Translations under genes and position numbers: made by a program
In this document: one piece after another, positions 51,067 to 61,366 of the stretch
Layout of the letters: every line of letters begins with the position of its first letter
Position numbering within the stretch: position 1 is the first letter of the stretch
The notes under the pieces: generated by a model
The model's database searches: none
What the model was told of the DNA's origin: nothing
Seen by the model: only the letters and a program-made list of their open reading frames with translations
Assembly (NCBI GenBank): GCA_963737265.1
Contig: CAVTRY010000011.1
Location: 480,001-544,000, forward strand
DNA: 64,000 nucleotides
From: an uncultured delta proteobacterium
GTDB taxonomy: Bacteria; Myxococcota_A; Polyangia; Fen-1088
Reading direction: 5' to 3'

Positions 51067-51720
51067 ATGTCGCCAACACTGCTCATGGTCGGCGTCCGCT
51101 CGCTCGGCCGATCCATTGCGCTTCATTTCGCGCGCCAGGGCTGGACCGTCCTATGTGCCGCGCTCACGCGCGCGTCCGTCGAGTCCCTCGCCGCCGAGGT
51201 TGGAAGTGCTGGCGGGACGGGAATCCCAGTGGCCTGCGACCTACGCGATCCGCAATCGCTGCGCGGGCTGCGCGACCACGAGCACATCGATCTGTGTATC
51301 GCCGCGCAGACCGCGGGCGGACGCTTCGGTCCGCGGCCGTTTCTTGACACCGACGACGTCGGGCGGAAAATGGTCGAGCAGCAGGCCGGAACATTGCTGC
51401 AGATCGGCACTTCGTCCGGTGTGCGCACGAAAGAAGGCTTCGCTCCGCTCGGGGCCGCGCAACACGCCCTGCGCGCCCTGGTCCAGGTGGCGGCGCGCGA
51501 GTGGCGAGTCCATGGCGTGCACGTGGCGTACCTACCCATCGACGGCGGCATCGAGAGCGCGCTTTCGGCAGACTGGATCGCGCGCAAAGGGGCCGACCGA
51601 GCGATTCCTCCCGACGAAATCGCTCGCGCCTGCGAGTATCTGCACCGGCAAGATCGCCGCGCCTGGACCCACGAGCTCTTGTTGCGTCCACCTGGCAGCG
51701 AATGGCTGGCGCCCACGTAG
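51067..51720 (+). CDS. Short-chain dehydrogenase/reductase (apparent internal deletion)
   Basis: LGRSIALHFA..GW, CDL, AREW..HGVHVA, AWTHEL; short between FLDTDD and VGRKM. Confidence 0.7.
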   Translation: MSPTLLMVGVRSLGRSIALHFARQGWTVLCAALTRASVESLAAEVGSAGGTGIPVACDLRDPQSLRGLRDHEHIDLCIAAQTAGGRFGPRPFLDTDDVGRKMVEQQAGTLLQIGTSSGVRTKEGFAPLGAAQHALRALVQVAAREWRVHGVHVAYLPIDGGIESALSADWIARKGADRAIPPDEIARACEYLHRQDRRAWTHELLLRPPGSEWLAPT

Positions 51721-51749
51721 GTAGGAGCCACACCCCGTTCTTAGCGCCG

Positions 51750-52355
51750 CTACTGAGCTACCGCGGTCGGATGCGAGCCTGCCTGGCCGAATTGACGGTC
51801 GAGCGCAAGGTTCAATTCGAGCACGTTGACCGTCGCCTCCCCGAGGAAGCCAAGATCGCGGCCGGAGACAGATTCTTCGACGGTCGCTCTGATGCGCGCC
51901 GGGCTCACGCCGCGCGCCCGCGCAACACGCGGCACCTGCCACATCGCGACGCTAGGGCTGATGTGTGGATCGAGCCCGCTGCCCGACGCGGTGACGAGAT
52001 CCGCGGGAACCCTTCCGGGAGCTTCGGGGTTCTCTTTTTGCAGACGGGCCAAGTCGGCCTTCACCCGGTCTTGCAGCTTCGCCGAGGTCGGGCCGAAATT
52101 CGATCCGCCCGACGCCAAGGGGTCGTAGCCGTTGCCGGCGGCGGATGGCCGTGGCTGAAAGTAGGCTGGATTCGTGAAGGTTTGACCAAGTAGGCGCGAA
52201 CCCACGACCTTTCCGCTCTCGTCGCGGACCAGGCTGCCATTGGCTGCGCTCGGGAAAAGCACCTGGGCTAAGGCCGTCATTCCCAGGGGATAGAGAATGC
52301 CCGTCAATACGATCGTAACCAGGCTGACCCGCAGAGCGACAATGAATGTCTTCAT
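51750..52355 (-). CDS. kdpC: K+-transporting ATPase subunit C
   Basis: ANGSL, YFQPRPSA, SGGSN, DLVTASGSGLDPHIS, VNVLELNLALD. Confidence 0.96.
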   Translation of the reverse strand: MKTFIVALRVSLVTIVLTGILYPLGMTALAQVLFPSAANGSLVRDESGKVVGSRLLGQTFTNPAYFQPRPSAAGNGYDPLASGGSNFGPTSAKLQDRVKADLARLQKENPEAPGRVPADLVTASGSGLDPHISPSVAMWQVPRVARARGVSPARIRATVEESVSGRDLGFLGEATVNVLELNLALDRQFGQAGSHPTAVAQ

Positions 52356-52365
52356 GATTGACTCC

Positions 52366-54420
52366 TCAGACAAGATGAAGCGCCTTGAGGGCGACATCGA
52401 CAATTTTGATACCAACGAAGGGAGCGATGATTCCGCCCAATCCATAAATGAGCATGGAACGACGGAAGAGCGCCGCCGCGCCGAGCGGCCGGTATTTCAC
52501 GCCCCGGAGTGCGAGCGGAATTAGCAATACGATAATAATGGCATTGAAAATGACGGCAGACAGAATCGCACTTGACGGTGAAGCAAGGCCCATGACGTTG
52601 AGAGGCGCGATCTCCGGGAACGCGCTCATGAACATGGCTGGAAGAATGGCGAAGTATTTGGCGACGTCATTGGCAATAGAGAAGGTCGTCAGCGCGCCAC
52701 GGGTCATCAATAGCTGCTTCCCGACTTCAACCACCTCCAACAGCTTGGTGGGATTCGAGTCGAGATCGATCATGTTGCCGGCCTCTTTCGCGGCCTGCGT
52801 CCCACTGTTCATGGCCACACCGACATCGGCTTGAGCCAGCGCAGGAGCGTCGTTGGTGCCATCGCCAGTCATGGCCACCAGCTTGCCCTTCGCCTGCTCG
52901 GTCTTGATGAGGCGCATCTTGGCTTCCGGCGTGGCTTCGGCGAGGAAGTCGTCGACGCCAGCTTCGCGCGCGATGGCCGCCGCCGTGCGCGGATTGTCGC
53001 CGGTAATCATGATGGTGCGAATGCCCATGGCGCGGAAGCGATCGAAACGCTCCTTGATGCCGCCTTTGACGACGTCGTTGAGCCGCACCACCCCGAGCAC
53101 GTTCTTGCCCTCGGCCACCGCGAGCGGCGTGGCGCCCTGATCCGCGATCTTCTGCGCCACTTCCGTCAGCGCCGCCGGTACCTCGCCGCCCATGGATTCC
53201 ACCCACGATTTGATGGCGTCCACCGCGCCCTTGCGAATCTTGCGGCCGTCGAGGTCGCAGCCACTCATGCGCGTGAGCGCCGTGAACTTCACGAATTGCG
53301 CCCCCAGCTTTTCCACGTCGCGCCCGCGCAGATTGAACTTCTCCTTCGCCAGCACCACGATGGAGCGTCCTTCGGGGGTCTCGTCGGCAAGACTGGCCAA
53401 CTGGGCGGCATCCGCCAGCGCCTCCACCGCTCCGCCGCCCACCGGAATGAATTCCGTTGCCATGCGGTTGCCGAGCGTGATGGTACCGGTCTTGTCCAGC
53501 AGCAAAGTGTCCACGTCTCCGGCGGCCTCGATGGCACGGCCGCTCATGGCGATGACGTTCTTGCGAATCAAGCGGTCCATGCCGGCGATGCCGATGGCGG
53601 ACAACAAGCCACCGATGGTGGTGGGAATGAGACAGACCAATAGTGCGACGATGACGGTCGCGGAAAGGTGGATGGACGAATACGCCGCCAGGGGTACGAG
53701 CGTCACGCAGGCAAGCAAGAAGACGATGGTCATTCCCACCAGCAGGATGTGCAGCGCAATCTCATTGGGTGTCTTCTGCCGGGTCGCCCCTTCCACGAGA
53801 GCGATCATGCGATCGAGAAAGGTATGCCCGGGGTCGGACGTGATCTTGATGACGATATGGTCCGACAGCACGCGCGTGCCGCCCGTCACCGCCGACCGGT
53901 CGCCGCCGCTTTCGCGGATGACCGGCGCGGACTCGCCAGTGATGGCCGACTCGTCCACCGAGGCAACGCCGGCGATAACCTCGCCGTCGCCCGGAATAAG
54001 CTCGCCAGCGTCAACCACGACCAAGTCGCCGGTACGCAAGGTGTCCGCGCCGACCACCTCTTCCGGTCCGTTGCGTGTCTTGAGCCGACGGGCGGAGGTT
54101 TGCGTGCGCATCTTGCGCAAGCTCGCGGCCTGCGCCTTGCCCCGTCCTTCGGCCACGGCCTCGGCCAGGTTGGCGAACACCACCGTAAACCACAGCCAAA
54201 GGGAAATGCTGATGGTAAACCAAAGCGGTGCCGACTGCGCGGTCGGCGCAATCGCATCGCGCAGGGCCACCAAGGTGGTGAGGACGCTGCCGATCTCGAC
54301 CACGAACATGACGGGATTGCGGATGACCTTGGTGGGAGAGAGTTTGCGCACGCTCTCCCACGCGGCCTCCTTGAGGATTTTGCTATCGAACAGGGCGACG
54401 GCTTGGGCTTGCGAACGCAT
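52366..54420 (-). CDS. kdpB: K+-transporting ATPase subunit B
   Basis: [31 protein letters not shown]. Confidence 0.98.
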   Translation of the reverse strand: MRSQAQAVALFDSKILKEAAWESVRKLSPTKVIRNPVMFVVEIGSVLTTLVALRDAIAPTAQSAPLWFTISISLWLWFTVVFANLAEAVAEGRGKAQAASLRKMRTQTSARRLKTRNGPEEVVGADTLRTGDLVVVDAGELIPGDGEVIAGVASVDESAITGESAPVIRESGGDRSAVTGGTRVLSDHIVIKITSDPGHTFLDRMIALVEGATRQKTPNEIALHILLVGMTIVFLLACVTLVPLAAYSSIHLSATVIVALLVCLIPTTIGGLLSAIGIAGMDRLIRKNVIAMSGRAIEAAGDVDTLLLDKTGTITLGNRMATEFIPVGGGAVEALADAAQLASLADETPEGRSIVVLAKEKFNLRGRDVEKLGAQFVKFTALTRMSGCDLDGRKIRKGAVDAIKSWVESMGGEVPAALTEVAQKIADQGATPLAVAEGKNVLGVVRLNDVVKGGIKERFDRFRAMGIRTIMITGDNPRTAAAIAREAGVDDFLAEATPEAKMRLIKTEQAKGKLVAMTGDGTNDAPALAQADVGVAMNSGTQAAKEAGNMIDLDSNPTKLLEVVEVGKQLLMTRGALTTFSIANDVAKYFAILPAMFMSAFPEIAPLNVMGLASPSSAILSAVIFNAIIIVLLIPLALRGVKYRPLGAAALFRRSMLIYGLGGIIAPFVGIKIVDVALKALHLV

Positions 54421-56147
54421 TAGAATACCTTTCCGGCCAGTGCGACGAAGTGCTCGGCGACTGGACCAAGCGACAGTGCGGGGAAGAAGGTCAGCGCGCC
54501 GACAATGAGGATGACCGACACGAGCAGACCCGAAAACAGAACACCGTGGGTGGGAAAGGTTCCGGGACCGGCCGGTACGGTTCGTTTACCACGCATGGAG
54601 CCGGCGATGGCCATCACAGGAATCATCATGAAGAAGCGGCCAAACAGCATGGACAGGCCGAGTGTTGTATTCCACCACGGCGTGTTGGCATTGAGTCCGG
54701 CGAAGGCCGAGCCGTTATTGCCAGTGGCGCTGGCGTAGGCGTAGAGAATTTCGGACAACCCGTGCGGCCCCGCATTGTTGAGCGACGAGGTACCATAACC
54801 TGCAACCGAGGACCACGCCGAGAAGCCCAAGATGATAAGTGGAAAAATGAGGATGTAGAGCATGGCCAGCTTCATTTCCTTGCCTTCGATCTTCTTGCCC
54901 AAATACTCGGGCGTGCGGCCCACCATCAAGCCGGCAATGAACACCGACATCAGCACGAACATCAACATGCCGAACAGGCCAGCACCCACGCCGCCGAAGA
55001 CAACCTCGCCGAGCTTGATATTGATGAGCGGCACCATGCCGCCTAACGGATTGAAGCTGTCGTGCATGGAATTGACGGCCCCGCACGAGGTTCCGGTCGT
55101 GACCGTCGCCCACAAGACGGAGTTCGCCACGCCAAAGCGGGTTTCCTTTCCCTCCATGTTGCCGAGTCCGTGGTCCAGTTGGAACGCAGACAGAGCTGCA
55201 TTGGGCTGCGCTTCGGATGCATAGGCAGTGGTGATACCGGCGACCACTAGGACGGTCATGGCGGTGAGAATGGCCCAGCCTTGTTTCTGGTTTCCGGCCA
55301 TGCGGCCAAAGGTGTAGGTCAGCGCAGCGGGGATGCAGAGCAATAGCAGCATCTCGATAAAGTTGATGAGAGGTGTCGGGTTCTCGAAGGGATGCGCGCT
55401 GTTGGCATTGAAGAAGCCGCCGCCGTTGGTGCCGAGCTCCTTAATCACCTCCTGCGAGGCAACCGGGCCGAGCGGAATAACCTGCGCCGCTCCCTCCAGA
55501 GTCGTTACGTGATGGTATCCAGCGAAGGTCTGCACCACCCCTTGCGAGACCAGCAGTAGCGTGAAGATCACACTGATGGGGAGCAGCACGTACACGATGG
55601 AGCGAATCAGATCGACCGAGAAGTTTCCGACGGTCTGGTCGCCCTTTTCATCCGGCTTGCGGGTTAGCCCGCGCGCCAAGGCCAGCGCGACACCCAAACC
55701 AGCGGCGGCGGAGGTGAAGTTGTGCCAGGCCAGCCCCGCCATCTGGGTGAGATAGCTCATCGTCGTCTCGCCCGAGTAGGATTGCCAGTTGGTATTGGTA
55801 TTGAAGCTGACCGCCGTGTTAAAGGCGAGGTGCTCGGCCGGCGCCGCCAGCTTTTCGGGGTTGAAAGGCAGCACATGCTGCAAGCGCTGGATGAGATAGG
55901 TAACCAAGATGCCGATGACGCTGAATACAAGCAGCGCCGCCGTGTATTGCTTCCAGTTTTGCCCCGCAGGCTGTTTGAGGCCACTTAGACGTAGGAGAAA
56001 CCTCTCGCACGCGCCGAGGGTGCGGCGAAAAGGCTGCCGTTCACCTTCGAAGACGCTGTGAAGATAGATTCCGAGAGGTTTGGTGATGGCGAGAATCACC
56101 GCGAGAAAGAATGCAATCTGAAGCCAACCGTTCGCTGTCATGGACAT
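54420..56147 (-). CDS. kdpA: K+-transporting ATPase subunit A
   Basis: [34 protein letters not shown]. Confidence 0.98.
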   Translation of the reverse strand: MSMTANGWLQIAFFLAVILAITKPLGIYLHSVFEGERQPFRRTLGACERFLLRLSGLKQPAGQNWKQYTAALLVFSVIGILVTYLIQRLQHVLPFNPEKLAAPAEHLAFNTAVSFNTNTNWQSYSGETTMSYLTQMAGLAWHNFTSAAAGLGVALALARGLTRKPDEKGDQTVGNFSVDLIRSIVYVLLPISVIFTLLLVSQGVVQTFAGYHHVTTLEGAAQVIPLGPVASQEVIKELGTNGGGFFNANSAHPFENPTPLINFIEMLLLLCIPAALTYTFGRMAGNQKQGWAILTAMTVLVVAGITTAYASEAQPNAALSAFQLDHGLGNMEGKETRFGVANSVLWATVTTGTSCGAVNSMHDSFNPLGGMVPLINIKLGEVVFGGVGAGLFGMLMFVLMSVFIAGLMVGRTPEYLGKKIEGKEMKLAMLYILIFPLIILGFSAWSSVAGYGTSSLNNAGPHGLSEILYAYASATGNNGSAFAGLNANTPWWNTTLGLSMLFGRFFMMIPVMAIAGSMRGKRTVPAGPGTFPTHGVLFSGLLVSVILIVGALTFFPALSLGPVAEHFVALAGKVF

Positions 56148-56156
56148 TGGACAACC

Positions 56157-56246
56157 TCAAAAACGCTCTGGTTTAACCAGGGCGTAGACCAGGTACGCGG
56201 CGAGCGCCGCCGCAAGGATCGCGCCCAGTGCATAGTCGAGACTCAT
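56157..56246 (-). CDS. kdpF: K+-transporting ATPase subunit F
   Basis: MSLDYALGAILAAALAAYLVYALVKPERF; RBS AAGGAG. Confidence 0.9.
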   Translation of the reverse strand: MSLDYALGAILAAALAAYLVYALVKPERF

Positions 56247-56260
56247 GGTGGTTCTCCTTG

Positions 56261-56344
56261 TTAGAGTCGTTCGCAGGCCTTGGTGTAAAGCCAAGACACA
56301 GCAAAGAAGCCGACCGTGATGAAGCAGAAAAGTAGATCTTTCAT
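56261..56344 (-). CDS. 27-aa membrane peptide upstream of kdpF
   Basis: MKDLLFCFITVGFFAVSWLYTKACERL. Confidence 0.7.
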   Translation of the reverse strand: MKDLLFCFITVGFFAVSWLYTKACERL

Positions 56345-56365
56345 GGCGTCTGAACAGCTTCGTAG

Positions 56366-56381
56366 AGCATGGGCTGTGCCA
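56366..56381 (-). promoter_or_regulatory. Sigma-54 promoter of the kdp operon
   Basis: TGGCACAGCCCATGCT (GG-N10-GC), 22 nt before the first ATG. Confidence 0.7.
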
Positions 56382-56593
56382 GAAGGCGCCCAAGAGTCGA
56401 CGCGGAAGTTCCGGCACGAACCCGAACGTCGGGTTGCAAAGAGAAACAATGAGCACACTGAAGGTTGTAAAATGCAGGCTCGCCGGTCGCGGCGCGGCAG
56501 GAGAACAATGGTAATTCCCCCTAAGATACGAGTCCTCCGATGCGTGCCCTTGGCCCCTCGCTTGCTACACCCGATGCCTAGGATGCCCGAAAC

Positions 56594-57757
56594 ATGACCA
56601 CTCCCCCCCCGCGGCCTCGCGCCGAGGACTTTCTTGAGCTGGTTCAGAAAAGCAAGCGCGGGCGACTGAAGCTCTATATCGGCTTTGCCGCGGGCGTGGG
56701 CAAAACGTACAGAATGCTCGAAGAGGCGCACGCCCTCAAGCAGCGTGGGGTGGATGTTGTGATCGGGTTCATCGAAACCCATGGACGCGCCGAAACCGCG
56801 GCTCTGGTCGATGGGCTTGAAAGCGTGCCCCTGCGTCAGGTCGAATACCGCGGTGTCGTGATCGAGGAAATGAACCTGAACCAGATCCTCAAACGCAACC
56901 CCGCGGTCGCCCTCGTCGACGAGCTGGCGCACAGCAATCCGCCCGGCAGCCGCAACAAACGCCGCTACCTCGATGTTCTAGAATTGCTCAACGCTGGCAT
57001 CAACGTCATCGGGGCGTTCAATGTCCAACACCTGGAGAGCCTCAACGACCTGGTCGAACGGGTGACTGGCGTGGTGGTGCGCGAGACCGTCCCGGACAGT
57101 TTTCTCAAGCAAGCCGATCAGGTGGTCAACCTCGACCTCACCGTCGAGGATCTGCAAGAACGGTTGCGGGCAGGGAAAATCTATCCTTTGGACCGCATTC
57201 CCTGGGCGCTCGAGCATTTCTTTCAAGAAAACAACCTCGCGCATTTGCGCGAGCTCGCCCTGCGCGAAGTGGCGGAGAGCATCGAACGCGCCACGATCAC
57301 TCGCCCCATGGCGGCCGACGGCAGCGGCGCCGTGCCGGCGTCCACGCGCAGCCGCGTGATGGTTTGCGTGTCGTCGGGCTCGCCGCGCACGCCCATGCTG
57401 GTGCGGCGGGGCTCACGCATGGCGGGCCGATTCAACACCGACTGGTTCGTGGTCTTCGTCGAGACACCGGGGGAAGCGCCCGACCAGATCGACGCCGAAC
57501 TGCAGCGCCACTTGTTCGCCAACATCGAAAAGGCCAAGGAGCTCGGCGCCGAAACCGTGCGCATCAAGAGCAAAGATCCCGTGGCGGGAATCCTCGACTT
57601 CGCCCAGTCGCACAACGTCGGACACATCGTGGTTGGGCGCTCGCAGCAGCCGTGGTGGAAACAGTTGCTCGGCCGCTCGGTACCGCTGCGGCTGGTACGC
57701 GAGGCCGCGCAGTTCGACCTTCACATCATTTCGCACGAAGACGAGGTGACCGGATGA
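56594..57757 (+). CDS. Stand-alone KdpD N-terminal domain + USP domain
   Basis: GRLKLYIGFAAGVGKTYRML, ETHGRAET, VDELAH, NVQHLESLND, LRELALR; no TM or HisKA. Confidence 0.92.
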   Translation: MTTPPPRPRAEDFLELVQKSKRGRLKLYIGFAAGVGKTYRMLEEAHALKQRGVDVVIGFIETHGRAETAALVDGLESVPLRQVEYRGVVIEEMNLNQILKRNPAVALVDELAHSNPPGSRNKRRYLDVLELLNAGINVIGAFNVQHLESLNDLVERVTGVVVRETVPDSFLKQADQVVNLDLTVEDLQERLRAGKIYPLDRIPWALEHFFQENNLAHLRELALREVAESIERATITRPMAADGSGAVPASTRSRVMVCVSSGSPRTPMLVRRGSRMAGRFNTDWFVVFVETPGEAPDQIDAELQRHLFANIEKAKELGAETVRIKSKDPVAGILDFAQSHNVGHIVVGRSQQPWWKQLLGRSVPLRLVREAAQFDLHIISHEDEVTG

Positions 57758-59610
57758 CCTTCAAGAGCAAGCTCATGCTCACCATGGCGCCGCTGGTCCT
57801 GGCACTAGCCGCGGTCGGCATCGTCTCGGGCATGGTCGCCAGCATTCTTGCCCGTCAACCGGCACACATTTGGAAGGATAACTACCGCAGCGTTCTGGCG
57901 GGCCAGCGCATGAAGGAGATTATCGAGCGCATCGACGAGTCCGCTCTTCTCAAGCTCTTGCGGCCCGAACAAGCCGTGCTGCCCATGCTCAACTATCACG
58001 ACCAGTTCGACCGCGAGCTTGCCGCCGAGGCGGGCAACATCACCGAAATAGGAGAGGACGAAGCCGTGGCCAAGCTCCGCGCCAGTTGGGCGGAGTACCA
58101 ACGGGTTCTGGCGCAATTTCATGCGGAGCCGGACACTGCCAATCGTCGCGCGATCTGTTTCGGTCCGCTGCACGCTGCCTTCACCAAGGTCAAACACGCG
58201 GCCGACGAGATCCTCGACATCAACCAAGATGCGATGGTGCGCAAGGGCCAGCGGACCGAGCGACGTGCCGCCCGCTTCGAACATGTGCTCACCGTGGCTG
58301 TTCTGGTGGCTTCGGTGCTCGGCCTTTTGGCATCGGTCAGCCTTACCACCCGGTTGCTGCGTCCGCTCGGCGTCGTGTCGGCGGCGGTGCGACGTTTCGG
58401 GCAAGGCGACACGCAGGCGCGCGCACGTGTGCAAGGCGAAGACGATATCGCCCAGCTCGCACAGGAATTCAATACCATGGCGGATCACCTGGAACGCTAT
58501 CGCAAAAGCTCGCTCGGCGAGCTGTTGCAAGCGCAGCAGGCGTCGCAGGCCGCCATCGATAGCCTGCCCGATCCAGTGCTGATGTTGGATGCGATGGGAA
58601 ACCTGCAAGGCACCAACCAGGCGTCCAGACAGTGGTTGAACATCGACCCCGAGGAATCCGGCAGCGGCTCGCTCGACCATGCGGATCCCGGCGTGCGCTC
58701 GCTGCTGGATCGACTACGCGCCCACGTCGTGGGTGGCCGCGGCGCCTACAGTCCCAAGGGTTTCGAGGACGCTCTGCGGGTGACCACTCCCGAGGGCGAG
58801 CGCATCTATCTTCCCCGCGCCACGCCCATTTACGGCGAGAATGGCAGCGTCACGGGCACCGCCCTGGTTCTGCAGGACATCACCCGCCTGTTTCGCTTCG
58901 ACGAGCTCAAGAACAATTTGGTCGCCACCGTGGCGCATGAATTCCGCACTCCGCTGACGTCGTTGCGCATGGCCATTCACCTGTGCACCGACGAGACCGT
59001 GGGCCCACTCACCACCAAGCAGGCGGATCTGCTGTTCGCGGCCCGCGACGACTGCGAACGGTTGCAGGGTATCGTCGATGACCTGCTCAATCTGTCGCGC
59101 CTCGAATCGGGACGCATCGATCTGCAGAAGCGCAGGGTCGAGCCCAAGTCGCTGGTCGACCTGGCCGTCGACGTGCACAGCGCCGCCGCCGCAAACAAAC
59201 AGATCGCGCTCCGCTCCGAAATCTATCCCGGCTTGGCCGAGACCTTCGCCGATTCGGATCGCCTGCAATTGGTATTCACCAATCTCATCACCAACGCGCT
59301 TCGCTATTCGCCGGCTGGAAGCGAAATCGTGGTGCGCGCCGTGGCCGAGACCGACGGCTCCCCGGCGGACGGCTTCGTTCGTTTCGAGGTTGTCGACCAC
59401 GGACCGGGCATACCCGCCGAACACCAGGAGTCCCTGTTCGAAAAATTCTTTCGTGTCCCCGGCAGCCCCGCCGGCGGCGCCGGGCTTGGCCTTTTCATCG
59501 CACGCGGGATCGTGCAGGCGCACGGTGGTCGCATCGGCATCACCAGCGAACCCGAACGAGGCGCGACCTTCTGGTTCACGATTCCGACGGCGCCCGACCG
59601 GCCGGCCTAG
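57754..59610 (+). CDS. Sensor histidine kinase (periplasmic four-helix, HAMP, PAS, HisKA, HATPase; KinB-like)
   Basis: NYRSV, AHEFRTPLTS, NLITNALRYS, DHGPGI, GAGLGL. Confidence 0.92.
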   Translation: MTFKSKLMLTMAPLVLALAAVGIVSGMVASILARQPAHIWKDNYRSVLAGQRMKEIIERIDESALLKLLRPEQAVLPMLNYHDQFDRELAAEAGNITEIGEDEAVAKLRASWAEYQRVLAQFHAEPDTANRRAICFGPLHAAFTKVKHAADEILDINQDAMVRKGQRTERRAARFEHVLTVAVLVASVLGLLASVSLTTRLLRPLGVVSAAVRRFGQGDTQARARVQGEDDIAQLAQEFNTMADHLERYRKSSLGELLQAQQASQAAIDSLPDPVLMLDAMGNLQGTNQASRQWLNIDPEESGSGSLDHADPGVRSLLDRLRAHVVGGRGAYSPKGFEDALRVTTPEGERIYLPRATPIYGENGSVTGTALVLQDITRLFRFDELKNNLVATVAHEFRTPLTSLRMAIHLCTDETVGPLTTKQADLLFAARDDCERLQGIVDDLLNLSRLESGRIDLQKRRVEPKSLVDLAVDVHSAAAANKQIALRSEIYPGLAETFADSDRLQLVFTNLITNALRYSPAGSEIVVRAVAETDGSPADGFVRFEVVDHGPGIPAEHQESLFEKFFRVPGSPAGGAGLGLFIARGIVQAHGGRIGITSEPERGATFWFTIPTAPDRPA

Positions 59611-59795
59611 CTAGGCTCACGGCTTGGCGCCCACACCCCCTGACGAGAGCGCACCTCCAGGCGCTCCCGTGCTGATGAGTCGGAGAAAACTCCAGCCGAA
59701 AGACCCCTGAATTTCTCGATTGTGGCGTAGATACGCGACCGCCGACGTGCAAAGTGCATTCTGGCCGGTTCGCAAGGCTTGCGGTTCGCGACAGG

Positions 59796-59811
59796 TGGCC
59801 CCGCCCATGCA
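59796..59811 (+). promoter_or_regulatory. Sigma-54-type promoter
   Basis: TGGCCCCGCCCATGCA (GG-N10-GC), 13/16 identical to the kdp promoter. Confidence 0.5.
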
Positions 59812-59839
59812 CGTAGCGTAGTTACAGCGAGGTTGTCAG

Positions 59840-60235
59840 ATGAAAAGCCTGGATGTTAACGATCGTCTCGACCAGTACCTCATTACCGACGTGTTGGCAG
59901 TGACCATCACCGCGACGGTGTTCAAGGGACGCGACTCGGAGACCGGTCGCTTCGTGTGCATCAAGGTCCAGAACCTGCAGTGCGAGGGCGACCCCGCGTT
60001 TCGCGAGAGGTTCGCGCGCGAGGCGAGGATTCTCGGTCGGCTGGAGCACCCGAACATCGTCTGTACTGTCGAGCCGCGCGTCACGAGCTGCCTTTTCCTC
60101 GTAACCGAGCTCGTGGAAGGCCAGTCGCTCCGTGCCTTGCTTGCTGCGGGGCCATTGCGCGAGGAGCGGGCCGTGAGCATCGCCGTTCCACGCTACGTCG
60201 AATTGGGTACATCCCGGCCCATACCTGCGGCATAG
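59840..60235 (+). pseudogene. Truncated Ser/Thr kinase (N-lobe only)
   Basis: VCIKV, RFAREARIL..LEHPNIV, LVTELVEGQSL; no HRD or DFG. Confidence 0.65.
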
Positions 60236-60284
60236 TGCCACCCGCCCGCCAATTCTGGCGGTCGATTAGCTCCGGAAAGACAAC

Positions 60285-61223
60285 ATGAGGACCAAGACCA
60301 GCGCCGAAAGTGTCCCTTGGCTGATTGCGGGGGTTGTGTTCCTCGCCCTGCTTCTCCTTGTCGTCTGGCATTTTCGCCAAGATGCGAGCCCCGCCCAGCA
60401 ACTCGCCGCCAAGGCCAGCCGGGTCGATCTCGTCGGACGAATGCAACTCGATCTCGCCTCGGCCGCGGAGTCGGAAAAGAGCGCCGTCCTCGCCATCACC
60501 GACGAGGATTCGCAAAAATTCGCCGACCAGGCCCGGGCGGCGGCGGCGGAGGTCGAGCGGGAACGACAGGAGCTCGCCGCTCTCCTCGCCACCGGAGGAA
60601 CCCAACCCGAACGAGATCTGCTGGCCCAATTTTCCCAGGCCTTCGCCAATCTTCAGCATGTCGACAGCGAGGTGCTGGCCCTGGCGGTGAAGAACACCAA
60701 CCTCAAGGCTTACAGTCTGCTCTTTGGCCCGGCCGCGGACACTCTGGCGGAGATGGATGCCGCGCTCGCCCGCGTCGTGGCGACTGTCGCCGACGCGGCG
60801 GACGCCAAGCGCGTAATGCTCATGGCCTTTGGCGCCCGCCTTGGGGTCCTGCGCATCCAGACCCTGCTTGCGCCGCATATCGCCGAGGAAAGCGATGCGA
60901 AGATGGATCAAATGGAAGCGTCGATGGCCAAGGAGGAGGCGAACATCCGCAAGGATCTCGATGGCCTCGCGGCGCTGCCCAAGCTCGCCAGGGACGCCGA
61001 CCTGGCGACGGCGGCGGCAAGCTTCGGCCGTTATACCGAGATCAAAGCCCGGATCCTGCCGCTCTCGCGCGAGAATACCAACGTCCGGTCGCTGTCCCTG
61101 TCGCTCAATCAGAAGCGCAAGGCGATGCTGGTCTGCTTGGGCGCGCTTGGCTCGCTAAAGCAAGCCATCCTCGACGAGCCGATCGCGGGCATCACCTACG
61201 GCCGGCCAGCCAGACCGCGGTAG
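60285..61223 (+). CDS. Membrane-anchored four-helix-bundle sensor-like protein
   Basis: Single N-terminal TM; EKSAVLAITD, NTNLKAY, ENTNVRSL; no signalling domain. Confidence 0.65.
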   Translation: MRTKTSAESVPWLIAGVVFLALLLLVVWHFRQDASPAQQLAAKASRVDLVGRMQLDLASAAESEKSAVLAITDEDSQKFADQARAAAAEVERERQELAALLATGGTQPERDLLAQFSQAFANLQHVDSEVLALAVKNTNLKAYSLLFGPAADTLAEMDAALARVVATVADAADAKRVMLMAFGARLGVLRIQTLLAPHIAEESDAKMDQMEASMAKEEANIRKDLDGLAALPKLARDADLATAAASFGRYTEIKARILPLSRENTNVRSLSLSLNQKRKAMLVCLGALGSLKQAILDEPIAGITYGRPARPR

Positions 61224-61366
61224 GCTGCGCGCACAATTGGCGATTTTTGCGGTGACTTTGTGCTTCATCGTGGAAGGTTTGGGACGTCCACCTACGTTGT
61301 CGGATGGACTCGTGTGTCTTTGAGCCAACCTTTTCCCCGAATGGTCCACCAATTGATGAGGTTCCG

